A stretch of DNA of 63,573 nt, filler included, from Phoronis australis (Eukaryota; Animalia; Phoronida), in assembly GCA_002633005.1 (NCBI GenBank). It is 8 parts of 8 records of this genome, joined end to end, with 100 filler letters (N's around TTAATTAATTAA, not from the genome) between each part and the next. Parts side by side here need not be neighbours in the genome. Positions count along the whole stretch, not along the records: positions 49,422 to 53,760 come from NMRA01001880.1; positions 53,861 to 60,719 come from NMRA01002102.1; positions 60,820 to 63,573 come from NMRA01003445.1; 5 more parts are not named here. One strand, 5' to 3'. Shown piece after piece: positions 51,839-63,573 of the stretch; the stretch's first letter is position 1, and every line of letters begins with the position of its first letter. A program made the position numbers and the translations under genes. The notes under the pieces are model-generated. The model was given only the letters and a program-made list of their open reading frames with translations, was not told where the DNA came from and made no database searches.

Positions 51839-52639
51839 GTTGTTGATGACTTAAGGCTACTAATTCTTTAATTGTTCCCCAAATCAACACAATAACCAAA
51901 ATGCACAACACTAGCAAAAGCTTTGCACAATATCTAGAATGCACCACAGATATTCAGGCTGGCTGAAGAGGCAGCTTCAAGTTGGTCTTGTCTTTAACGA
52001 AGATTTCTCACACTTAAAGTTGAAAGCCAATGGTCAAGTATTTTTAAACATGTAAATCCCTACATCGAATGACACCAGTTCCTAAATCGTTCGAGACCAT
52101 ACAAATGCAGTCCAGACTCCTCACATTGTTCATCGGTAGTAGTATAGACTAACAGTAATGTTGTCTAAGGTTTATGGTGGTTGCCTGGCAACAGCTCTGT
52201 AGTCCTGAGGAAACATAAGGAACACAAGTTTATGACATGTCATCAGGGTCGTCCCTTTGCTGGGACTCAGCAACTACAAAGTTACAAGTGTGGTGCCTCC
52301 ACAACAACATATGGTATCTGAATGGCAATTATGAACACTGCAGGTATACACTGGTTGCTTTTGCAACATTATACCTGTCTATGAAGAACATAAACTTCCC
52401 CTGAATTTTTCCAACTGGGAATCGAATCTAGACCAGCCAAGTACCTGCAATAAGCCAGTTCAATAGGAACAATCAACATTTCCAATCACCTAAAAGGCTA
52501 AAAGCTTGAGCTCGCATGCCAAAAAACAATGGTTACCCGAGCTTAAAGACAAAGATGTAATTCAGATAAATATAGCTTTTGGTAAAAAGTGAGCCATTCT
52601 TCCTTCAGTGAATTAACTTGGTTATTGGTGTTAAAAATT

Positions 52640-52875
52640 GTCCCGAGAAATGTGGCGATTACTGGCCATTTGTGTCACTTTCAGAAACATTGCGTTGAAA
52701 AATTTTCTAAGACCCAAGAAATGTGTCGATAACTCATTACTGGTCATTTGTGTCGGTTTCAGAAACGTTGCGTTGGAAAAGTTTTAAAGTCCCAAGAAAT
52801 GTGTCGATTATTTGCCATTTGTGTTGGTTTCAGAAACGTTGCGTTGAAAAACTTTCTATGTTCCCAAAAATGTTC
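52640..52875. repeat. ~75-80-bp tandem repeat x3
   Basis: CCATTTGTGT..TTTCAGAAAC.TTGCGTTG.AAAA..CCCAAGAAATGTGTCGAT units. Confidence 0.85.
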
Positions 52876-55800
52876 AAGTCAACATAACGCGCAGACAATA
52901 CCATCCCCATCCCATCACCATGCCTGGCAATTTTGGCATGTCGTGTTTATGTCTCTAGATCACCTAGTCAAAAGTGGATGTAGAATTGCGCATTCTTTGA
53001 CCATCTTCGAAAAACAATAGGCCTATTACACACGTAACATGTCTGTAATCATTGATAAATAAGCAGATAAATTGGTAAGTATAAAAACAGAGAGGCACCC
53101 GAAAATTGGAGAGCTCAACTTTACCGCGCCGGAAACTTTCACTGTCCTGAAGTAGAGCTAGTATTAACGACAGTCAGTCGAATATAGTACCTACTTATTC
53201 TTTTGATTGATTTAAATAATAAATTTATGCTTATAATGTACCTTGTTATTTTTGGTTTACTAGTGAGCCAATTAAGTTGAACTTAACTGTAATTATAAGT
53301 GTAAAAGAAGTTTTATGTTAACTGCAAAACTGCGGCTATAACGGTTGTGTTCATACTAAATATTTTGTTGTAGCAGCAGAAAAAGTTGGGGGCTGCTGAC
53401 AAGAATGACAAATGCTATCTTCTTTGGCGCATAGCTTTCGTAACTGTATCATAAACAGTTAAAGACAATCCTTCAATATGCAGCAAGAACAGCAGGGAAC
53501 CTTAAAGAGGTAATGAAAAGCCCTCAACTCTTGAGACTTGACTGAGTCATAAGTATACTGGGGAACCCAATGTTCGTCCGCCTAAGCATAAAACCGACTT
53601 GCTGTTGTACTCACCGAATTATTCCACTTCAAAGTTATGATCTGAATAGGATTCGATTTAACTCTCACAGATATACCGCATTCATCGATTCGGAAGTTTT
53701 CTTTAATTTGTGCCGAGTTATTTCAAATGTGCACTGCCTTCGGCAGCCATTTTATTGTGANNNNNNNNNNNNNNNNNNNNNNNNNNNNNNNNNNNNNNNN
53801 NNNNTTAATTAATTAANNNNNNNNNNNNNNNNNNNNNNNNNNNNNNNNNNNNNNNNNNNNGGCTCGGATTCACGATTCACTGGCCTGAACCTAGTGGTCC
53901 CGTTTTTTCAGTCCTCGTTGTTTTCTTTTAGTAAAAGGTCCGTATATCTAAAATTGTGAGCCCCCATATTTTAGGCTGGGTGCGCGCATGCATAAACCAC
54001 CGACTTGTAACCATTGTGTCCGGTGAAGTGCAAACGATAAGGCTACCGTGACGTCTACGGTGCGTGACCGAAATTACGGTTGGTTCAGGGATATAACTAA
54101 TCGCTTTCGCTATACTAAATTCGTGACCACCTTCGCCCACACGCTCGGGCCAGCTGGCGCCGTCCGGATGCTTCGTTTGGAGACACAGCAGGCCGACAGC
54201 TACCGTGACGAAAAAACCCTTCTTATAGTCAACGTATAACCAGAGACAGGTCTACTTAGAAATAAGGGCACATTCCCCGGTTGCCACCATTAGTTTCCCC
54301 CGTCCCTTCGCTGCTAATTTTATCGTTCTCTAGATAACGAGACTCATCATAAACATATTGGGGGCGACAATAGTATTTTTGAAGTTTCGTTAAGAAAGTT
54401 TGTAAATAGCATAATTATTTGAATAGTTCGTGACAAACATACGTGAATGAGTTTTTTGAATTTTGAAAATTATACAAGAAACGTGACTTTTTCAACCTAA
54501 AACGAGTGTTTAATTTTGCAATAATATGCCTCTCATTAATTCTGCTGGGTGTGCAACATAATTGACTCAGTTACCAAAACCAGGCAGCAGTTGGATTTTG
54601 AGGTATGCCAAGTGTCATCGTACTGTCCTTGCCATGACACACCAGTGTCATCTAGTGACAGACAGAAAAACGTTGCTGTAGGAAATGCCTGGGAAACGGT
54701 CATGTCTTGTACTGGTAAAACATGCAATAGCATTCCAGCGTTATTAATATGCTATCTTCAGGGACTGAATTCAGGTGTTATTTTGTAGGTAAATTCTTGG
54801 ATTGCTGACAACTTGACCAGTTCCTTCTTAAAACTCATTTGAAAACACGTTAAAATGCGCCAGAACAGTTGTCCCTTCCTGGTTATGTCTCCTTGATGTA
54901 ATGCATATCGCCATTGTTTTACTCTCCTCACACGAACGTGATATGCACGCCACCTTTTGTACATACGTTGATTAATGTGCTGTTGTTTGTGGGTTAGGCA
55001 CTTCCAACAGTCTGGGTCAGTTCAAAATAGAGCTATTTGATACGTTGTTAGAGGGTTCACAAATTTGCTGTAATTGCAGCAACGATGAGACTGAGGTCCC
55101 TATTCGGTGTATTGCCGTATACACCTGCACATGTATAATATATGTTGTATTAAGTATGGAATTGGTGTGTTGCATGATGATGTTTTTCGATACTTCCTGC
55201 AAAATATATTCCCAACACTTATAGTGATAGTGTATGAAGTTTAATTTGGATGCAATTGACAGACATTTGATTACACGTCCAGATTAATTAAATAATGACA
55301 CACACGTTGACTACCCGGATTGTTTTCTGTACAGGAACAAAGTATTACACAAAAATGCGTACCACTTATTTCACTATGTGTGTGTACTCGGTATACCAAT
55401 TTGCTACACAAGTGACATCCATAACCGTATCAAGTCCAGGAACACGGTTTCGTTCATTATCCGCTATTAAATCACTGTTAGTGACATTTTCAATTGTCAT
55501 CACGCACAAGGGACGTTAGTTGCAATTGTTCACCAAATAATAAATCAAGCTAATTAAATAACATTGACAAGGATAGAACATTAAATATTTGACACTACAT
55601 GAACAAAGTGAGCGGAAAGTGCTACATTGATATTTCTCACTGTCTAACGCACAGGATTTTTTGAAATTAAAGTAGGCCTATTGCACAAAAAATGCCCAGG
55701 CTCGTTTTGCAGGCAGTCTGTTTGATTGCTATAGCTGTTCTTGTCCATCTATGGTGGGTCAGAGGTAAGCGTATTTTTGAGTTCCCCCAAGTTCCTACAC

Positions 55801-58800
55801 AACGTTAGCTTTTCATCGTAAATGTACATTTATAAGCACCAGTCAAGTTACGTCGTTAATTGAAGAGTTCTTCTTGGAGTAAAAATTGAAGACAGTAACA
55901 TTAGAATTAGGAACTAAATAGTGCTGAAGATTCCGTTATGTAAATCGGCGTGGCCATTTTTGTACACAATCGTTCTCAGTCCTTTGATTGTCCGAGTCGA
56001 CAAAATCGAAATTGTGTGCAAACTGTTGACCTGTCTGTCATACATGTACATCGTGTGTATGGATAAGTGAAGATGTGACGTAGTGGTCGGTAATTCGATA
56101 AAAGTGAGCGCATCATGAGTAATTTTAACATCTTCGCACAGGACCTTTGTTCTAAGGTCACAGTAGATGCCTGTGTGCCCCCCCCCCCAAAAAAATGAAG
56201 AAAATTGGGTGGGTCGGGTTTGACGGCAGTTTTGTGGACTAAATGGGGAGTGATTGCCAGGAACGGTATTCAGTAATTCCTTGAAGTTAAATGAGTCTAG
56301 GAATTCGGCTTGTCCTCTCGTCTACTTGGATACCGTGCCGTCATTATGAGAGCACATCGTTATTGAGATTTGAATTCTTGGCGCGAATCCAGGTATCCTT
56401 CAGGAAAGTGGAAGTTGTCAAAAAATCTGATTGGTAATGACATATTTCAACCTGAATTTTTGGTCTTCTTTCTTACTCTGGGCAGTCGTGAATTTGCGAG
56501 TTTATGTAAAAAAGTGCCAAAATCGCACTTTTTGATTATTTTTGGCATCTCGATTTCTTTGTTGAATTTCTCCATTTTTGAGAAACCCTATAGAGTCTAC
56601 TTTCTGTCAGTTACATGCATGCCTTTTTCAGTTGTCAGCGACATGTATGCAAACAAGGGATTTGATTAACCCAGGCCAGTGGTAGGTCAAAATCAGCCAC
56701 TGGTGCTGTGGTCTTCGTCCTTTTCCGGAAGCGATACCGAGGAGTTACCTCCCTGGACTGGCGGTGTCGCCACTATCGTTCGGCATTAAGATGTTGAATA
56801 CTTCTAATTCAAGGGGCGGACATTAAAGTTCATAGCGAGGCTCACTGCGATAAACAAAGCGGAAGTTGACATGGCATGTGTTAAGTGGCTGGTCTTTCGA
56901 GTCCAACCGGGATATTAAATCTTAAAAATGTGTCAATAATTAATCACAGAGAAGTAGAAAATACATTAGAGAACAAGTCAATGAACCCAAGAGTTGCCTG
57001 ACTAAAGCATATATTTTTCGAAACATGAAAAGTAAATATGACCAAATTGCGGCGATCGTGTTACGGATTAGGTATATGCTGAATGCAGGGTTACGTTTCT
57101 TCTTGTAAATTGTTGATAAAAACGCTTTCTGCACGAACCAGGTCATATGCTCGTATTTTTGACGAGTTGAAGATATATTTGACTGTGGTGACTCATCGCA
57201 TTTTGCTGTCATGTGCAAATCACAACTGGTTTAATTTGTTGATCAAGAATATTAACATCAAGCATAGCCTAGGCCCTGCAGTTAGTTCTAACATTTGAAA
57301 TGTCATTAACCTGCAAGAATGATTGATGTTATTAAAATTATGTTCTATTAAAATAAAAAACAGGCTGGTAATTGAAGCTAAAAATTATTTGACCATTTGA
57401 TTTTAATAATTCTTACATCTGCATGTATTTTATGTGTTAGGTTTCAAATATCAATCTGGACGAAGTTGAATTTTAAAATTAAAACACCTAGTTTATTCGT
57501 TCAAAACATAACCTGAAAAAGAAAACTCATCTCGTTTTAGATCTTAATTTCAGTTAACTGAGCAGAACAAGCATAGCTATCACACTCCTTCAGGGTCCTC
57601 TTTCGTCCGAGGGGAAAGGTGCCTGTGCCTTCTGATAGGGGAATTTTTTCGCCGAGTGAGGAGGAAATTCTACCTCCCGATCACCATTAATAGCACACCC
57701 GTCCTGTTGCAAGCTCTCATAGGCTCTATCTCAGTTAGCATTTTGTGTTCTTTAAATTGTCACCTGTGTGGTTACAAGTGATTTGAACTTCAAGGGGAAA
57801 TTTTCAATCACTTTAGGGGAATTTGTAGGCCTCGTGAGGCCGGGAATTTCGCGTGATATTTTTTGAGAGGGAAATAGGACCGGGCCGACATTCGGCCCTA
57901 AAATCGGGGGATTGAAGGTCCTGTCCTTTTTGGAAACAAATGCCTTTATGTTTCAACCTGCAGTCATGAAAAAACTGCCCGGCAGGACGAAGATTCACCG
58001 GTCGTTGTTGTGAGGCTCGGCAACCGATATGCGACAACATGTGATCAAAATTTAAAAACATTTATAAATTTTACTCGGAAATATTTTCCTTCGTTGTGGC
58101 GTATGGCAACAACCCAACGCTTCCGAATCTCAACGTCCTTAGGGATTGTAGAAAAGACAGCCGGATTTTTTTCTATCGCCGTTCGAATAACGCGGAATAC
58201 AACTATGCCGATTAGCCATTTAACGGAGCTATCGTAGTGAGCCTCGTTTTAGAGCGTGCTTCATGTCTACGTGAATTTGGCGTATACATGTAACTCCGAG
58301 GTGTGTGGTGAGTGGTGAAAGTGTGTCACAACAACCGTGGAAGCAACCAATTAGCAGTGAACATGGCAAAAATACGTCAAGATTGCCCGTGTTTGCCGCC
58401 GCACAAGATGTTTTGTGTTCCCAAGAGCCCGCGATAAGCCACGTGCAAGTTACGTGCAATAAATAGAAGATAATACTATAAAAATCAAACAATTTTCTGT
58501 AATTGAAAAAAGGTGTTGTTTAAAATACGATCGTGACATTTCTGAAATATTGATAAAACTGAGTGAGCCACAGGGGCCCATTCCAAGCCGTGGCTCATTT
58601 TTGACTAAGTATAAGATTTGTCTCTACTTCCAAACTTTAAACTTCCACATCCGGTAAGTAAGGAAAAATTTAGACAAAACTTAAAAATGTATTTGCATGC
58701 TCCTAACTACCGGGTATTCTACTGTATAGGAGCAAATAAACAACAATTCTATTTGAACATCATCTACGCTAAACAAAGTGTAGTTTATTCATTTACAACT

Positions 58801-59956
58801 TGTAAATGTGAAAACAAAAAATTCTGAAAATAGTTGACGACGGTTTTTAGTGTTAGGTTTGAATATTTAGAAATTGCGCAGTAAAAAATAATGCAGTACA
58901 AGTTATCGTCATCTCATAGTATTGCGGTTTTTCAAGACTAGCAGAAGAGTTATATGCAGTTTGTTTCTCTCACTACTGTGAAATTTGTACATGCTTTGGG
59001 AGTTGGCAGCATAACAGGAATTTGGATAACTATTGAAGGTACTCATATTCAACTGAGTCCATTGTTGAAAACTCAAACATGCAGGTAAGTTCTCTGCATT
59101 ACATTGCTTGCTGTTGGCGACTCTGCTCGTCTCCGAATGACAAAGGCTGAAGCAAACGAAACCTTTCTAATTTGATTTAGTTTGGTTAACAGAGCACTGC
59201 AGTATTACAAAATGCTAACTTACAGCCAGTGACGTTGGTAATGAAATGGACTGCGACTCTGCCTTGATTCAAATGGTTTACATATGCATCAACTACATGT
59301 ACGCTATCGCTGGTGCTGAATTGCACTGGTTTCAGTTCATTAATGTCGCGTGGTCACGTGGTCACGTAATGGCAGCCTCCGTATTTGGGCGCGTGCATAG
59401 TACAGTGTGGTGTAGGGGATGTGTGTTGTGCACAACGGGGGGCACTTTCACTCGCGTGCCGTGACTTAACAACGTGTTTACACCGACCTTAAAACGAAGA
59501 CTAAGCACAAACTTGAGTGTAGATTGGTCGCAAATCTTCGTTTAGGTTATGTTTAAAAACGTCATAACGGTACCATATTTTAGTGAAACGGTCTCTAGAG
59601 AGTGTCATATGCATCAGCATAGTAACAGACAAGAAATATGTTAATATTAGCAATAGTAATACAACAGATAACTCAAGATCCTTTAACTGAATGACGTGAG
59701 TACAATAAATAAATAACCTATTTGTTACCAGTATTCCGGGAATAACGCACATTTCATCAATCCCTAAAGACATTGTACAAACATTATTTTAAAATTGTGA
59801 TCTTGATCTCAAGATATACAAAAATAATACCTAGCTTTTCGATTTCCTCGGCCAAACTTCTAAAACATTTAAGCAGAAATAAGTGCGAAAACAACCATGT
59901 TCGAAATTGGAATCGTGATTTTTTGGTAATTTCCGATAGAGCGAATCAGTTTCTCA

Positions 59957-60298
59957 CTACTTGAAGTTGTCATCGTGCAAGGCTTTCCACACTAATCTTT
60001 TGAGAACATCATTTGAACCACGACTTTGTGGCGGATATATCCGACCACTCGCAGAGGTATCCAAGCGTTTCCCTATTGGTGAACAGCCGTGCACACTACA
60101 GAATAATCGTTTTCTTATTGTCGTCTCCTTGTCCGAGTCGTTCAAAGTTGATTGATTGTCTGTGCCCTCAGATTCAGCCTCCATACCACCAGCGGATGTG
60201 GCACGCGCTCGAAGTCTCGCGACTAATCTCGCCTCCAGTTCGTTGATTAACTGAAGTCTAAGAGAATCAATGAGGTCACTTGTGCGACTGTCGTCTTT
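59957..60298 (-). CDS. Putative neuropeptide precursor, terminal exon (CCAP-like cyclic amidated peptide)
   Basis: ggatattttcag|AAA acceptor; open to TAG at 59957; acidic spacer, then RKR-LFCSVHGCSPI-GKR, then a further KR site. Confidence 0.7.
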   Translation of the reverse strand, partial: KDDSRTSDLIDSLRLQLINELEARLVARLRARATSAGGMEAESEGTDNQSTLNDSDKETTIRKRLFCSVHGCSPIGKRLDTSASGRIYPPQSRGSNDVLKRLVWKALHDDNFK

Positions 60299-61404
60299 CT
60301 GAAAATATCCATAAAATATCAATCTTTTCTCTTTTTGAGAACAAGGGATACAAATTGCCCTCATTTCTCGTTCGACTTTTCAGAGCAAAAATTAGTTCTT
60401 CGTCTTACAGGCACTCGCCACAAGCTAATTCAAAACCATGTTCCGCGTCAGTTTTTATGGTAGTAAAATACTTAATAGTGTCGTAAATCACGCGGGACAT
60501 TTTATCGAACGAGCTTGTGGCGATTGTCTTGAGTTAGAGCGTGCGCAATTACAAGCCCCGCCTTGGAAGAAACTGAGCACGTCAAAATCTATATTGAAGA
60601 TCTAAATAATTACCTTTAATTAAAAAAAACAGTTTCAAAAGACGTGAAACGTTGCTGCACGTGAAGCACTTGAGCTAGGTGTGACATTAGATTAAGCTGC
60701 AGGTGCCGCGTCCACAAACNNNNNNNNNNNNNNNNNNNNNNNNNNNNNNNNNNNNNNNNNNNNTTAATTAATTAANNNNNNNNNNNNNNNNNNNNNNNNN
60801 NNNNNNNNNNNNNNNNNNNCTTCCGTTTCCGTTTTGTCGCCGGTTCGGTTTTTGCAAACGTAAACGTGAAAGTTTTATTGAGAGATGTCACTTCAAGCAT
60901 CGCTTATCAGGTCAGTAGATTGTTTTTACTCATTTCCATCTTATTTGAAAATGTACAGTATGCATGAACTTTCATTTGAAGCCACCTCTCTCTCCGTTAG
61001 GAGGCAATAAGGGTAAAAGTCTAGTTGCCGGGTCCCTATTCAGACCCCATTCAATCCTTCGTATCTCCAACAAAACTGGTCACACATGGATGATATATAC
61101 CTCTATCGATTCGTAATTGTTCACTCTTTACTCCCGTGCTAAAATTGTTTCGATTTAAGCTTTCACTTTCCAAAAATTTGCCCACAAACGTACTATACGT
61201 GATAGGTTATAAATCTCTCGTTAGTGTGCAGCCATCTTTCAATTCATTAGCTCTCATTACCGACATCTAGCGTTGTAAATTACAACTAAAGTACCGTACA
61301 AACCCGGATCTCGTTTTTTCCGAGTACATGACTTCTTCATGGCGTGGGAAAATGAGGTGAGTAAATAAAGTATCCGAGTTCCCACTGCGACCGAGGGAGT
61401 GTGT

Positions 61405-61830
61405 GGTGGTCACTGGAGGGGGGCCAACCGGGGAGGTTGGGGTGGTAACTTGAGGGAGGTATCCACTGGGTAGGCAACCAGGGGGGGTGGTGGGTTTGCT
61501 ACTAGAGGGGTCCGACCGGGGGGNNNNNNNNNNNNNNNNNNNNNNNNNNNNNNNNNNNNNNNNNNNNNNNNNNNNNNNNNNNNNNNNNNNNNNNNNNNNN
61601 NNNNNNNNNNNNNNNNNNNNNNNNNNNNNNNNNNNNNNNNNNNNNNNNNNNNNNNNNNNNNNNNNNNNNNNNNNNNNNNNNNNNNNNNNNNNNNNNNNNN
61701 NNNNNNNNNNNNNNNNNNNNNNNNNNNNNNNNNNNNNNNNNNNNNNNNNNNNNNNNNNNNNNNNNNNNNNNNNNNNNNNNNNNNNNTCACTGGAGGGGTG
61801 CGACCGGGGGAGGGGGTGTCCACTGAGTAA
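61405..61830. repeat. GC-rich tandem repeat flanking an N gap
   Basis: CACTGGAGGGG../ACTAGAGGGG..CGACCGGGGG units on both sides of the gap. Confidence 0.7.
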
Positions 61831-63573
61831 TAAGGTTGAGTCTTGGGCAAGTTGTAGGCACATTTTTCTACTATTCGTTTAATTTTATGAAATATGCATA
61901 GCCTTAGAAAAAAATGAGGAAATTTATTACCAGGAAAGTATACTTTAATCTTGTCAAATACCAGCACGTCGTCGTCGTTCACTAGACTACTCGTAATGGA
62001 AGTCAGCCCCGCGCACATTTGATTGGTTTAACCATACTTACCATAGATATTATAGTCTACGGTTTAACTAGTGTGACTTGTCACTAAGACTAAGTCAAGG
62101 AGTTTCTACGGGAATTGTCTTTAGTGTAGGGTAAAAAAGGTCGAAATGGGTGATATGCTCTTGCTTCATACAAGAACCGACGTTCTTATGCGTTACCTTG
62201 TTCAGCTGTTGAATGGGCACTCAAGAGCAACCGAAGTTTCCGCCGCTGCAAGTTTTTGTGTTAACGTCAACACAATTTTCGATGACATAATAAATTCATC
62301 CTGCCATCTAGCGGCATTAGACATACTGCGGAACAAGAATCCCGATCCTCGTCTGAGACTGGGGAAGGCGGGGTAGCATTCAATAATGGTCCGTAAAAAA
62401 GGGACCCATGGGTCGTTTTTTCACTTAGATGATATTGGGTCATTTTTTAATGTTGAAAAATGAACCTGTCAACGTTGCTGGCCACTCAGTGCATGCAATA
62501 GTTTCGCGGCCTGGCTGCCGCCCTGACTGAGCTCCATGACTTTTTCCGTTTCTACACACATGACAAAGCCTTCCTAACAATAGCTCAGTGGAGAGCCAGC
62601 CAACCACACAACTCGCTTGTGCAGTATTAGGAAATCATTGACAAGGCCTTGAGAACACATCAGAGTAGAATTCACCTTTATAACTACTTAGGAATTTATT
62701 CAAAAATTTAGTTCCATGTTGCTAAGTCTTGATTAAACCCGATCATATACAGTCATCGATTGGCAAAAATTGATGCACAGCTTGCGAGAAACAAAGAAAT
62801 GGTGACAATTTAGCGTTGAGGCATTAGTACGCAGGTTACACGGCTTGAGTCCTATTTTTTCAGTTTTGCTGAATAAACGTTTCAAACATGGACATTCTCC
62901 ATTCAGATCCCTTGAACATCATTCTCTCGATAAATTTGCCAATTACGGTAATTGAAAGAATGTCGAGCATTTAAAATCGGGTAATAAACTTCAGCGTCGA
63001 CTTGTAATGTCAGAACCTGTCCGAAGTTTCAGAAATAGGCAATATTGGCCGTCCGAAACTCGTGAAATGTGCCGAGAAAGTCGGCAAAAATTGGCGGTGT
63101 CCGAAATCTTAGAATTTATGCGATCGGGTGTCGACAAATTTTCGATTTGCCGTTTTAGACGGCTTGAACTTGCGCGCAGATTGGTGATAGTTATTGCTGA
63201 CGCGAGCATAAACAGAGATGTTGCTGACCATGAACAGAAGCGATTCGCCAAACTTTGTGATAAGAATTAAGGTATATATTTGTCGTGTAACACGCCTTGA
63301 CTGATTATTCGTAATATCCTTTGGTGCGCAACGAAGTTCCCGTTAACTGTTCGCAAACCAAACACAAAAGACTGCAGGTGATAATATGCAACCTGTTTTG
63401 TTTCTGGGGCAGCGCGTGCGACATACTTATGAGTGGGGATAGTTCCCGACTGATGTCTTTGATGACAGGTCCATATATGTAGCACGCGCTTCCTGGCCAC
63501 GTGCGTTTAACACCAAGTTATTTTTATTCATGAGACCGTCGATGTGTCTGTACTGAAAGGTCAGACCATAAGC

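Noticed and set aside
62991-63270. 87-aa overlapping ORFs on both strands
   Set aside because: No motif or splice support; the CpG-rich context is more consistent with a repeat.

Overview
AT-rich, intron-rich animal DNA, most likely from a marine invertebrate (species not determinable from the sequence). The window is not one locus. Seven artificial 100-nt linkers (44 N + TTAATTAATTAA + 44 N) join eight independent contigs, so gene neighbourhoods across linkers carry no meaning. Most ORF-track entries are spurious, and the real genes are spliced exons, which I reconstructed by hand from GT-AG boundaries and phases. (1) A complete 5-exon minus-strand gene (8245->3279) for a 191-aa signal peptide / CUB-like / transmembrane / Cys-tail protein. 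(2) Two phase-0 ankyrin-repeat exons inside duplicated intron blocks, interrupted by an RTE-X-like LINE that itself carries a nested 920-bp Helentron-like insertion. (3) One A1CF/RBM47-family exon. (4) The first coding exon of BPNT1, with a probable GC donor. (5) Four exons of SMARCA5/ISWI, in which the 3' end of one exon plus its splice donor is amplified into a 19 x 71-bp tandem array. (6) The first three coding exons of MUS81. (7) A candidate neuropeptide-precursor exon encoding KR-LFCSVHGCSPI-GKR, a CCAP-like cyclic amidated peptide. The window also holds microsatellites, minisatellites, tRNA-derived repeats, a long palindromic repeat, a repeat family carrying CTCF-like motifs, and haplotype-overlap duplications at single-N joins.
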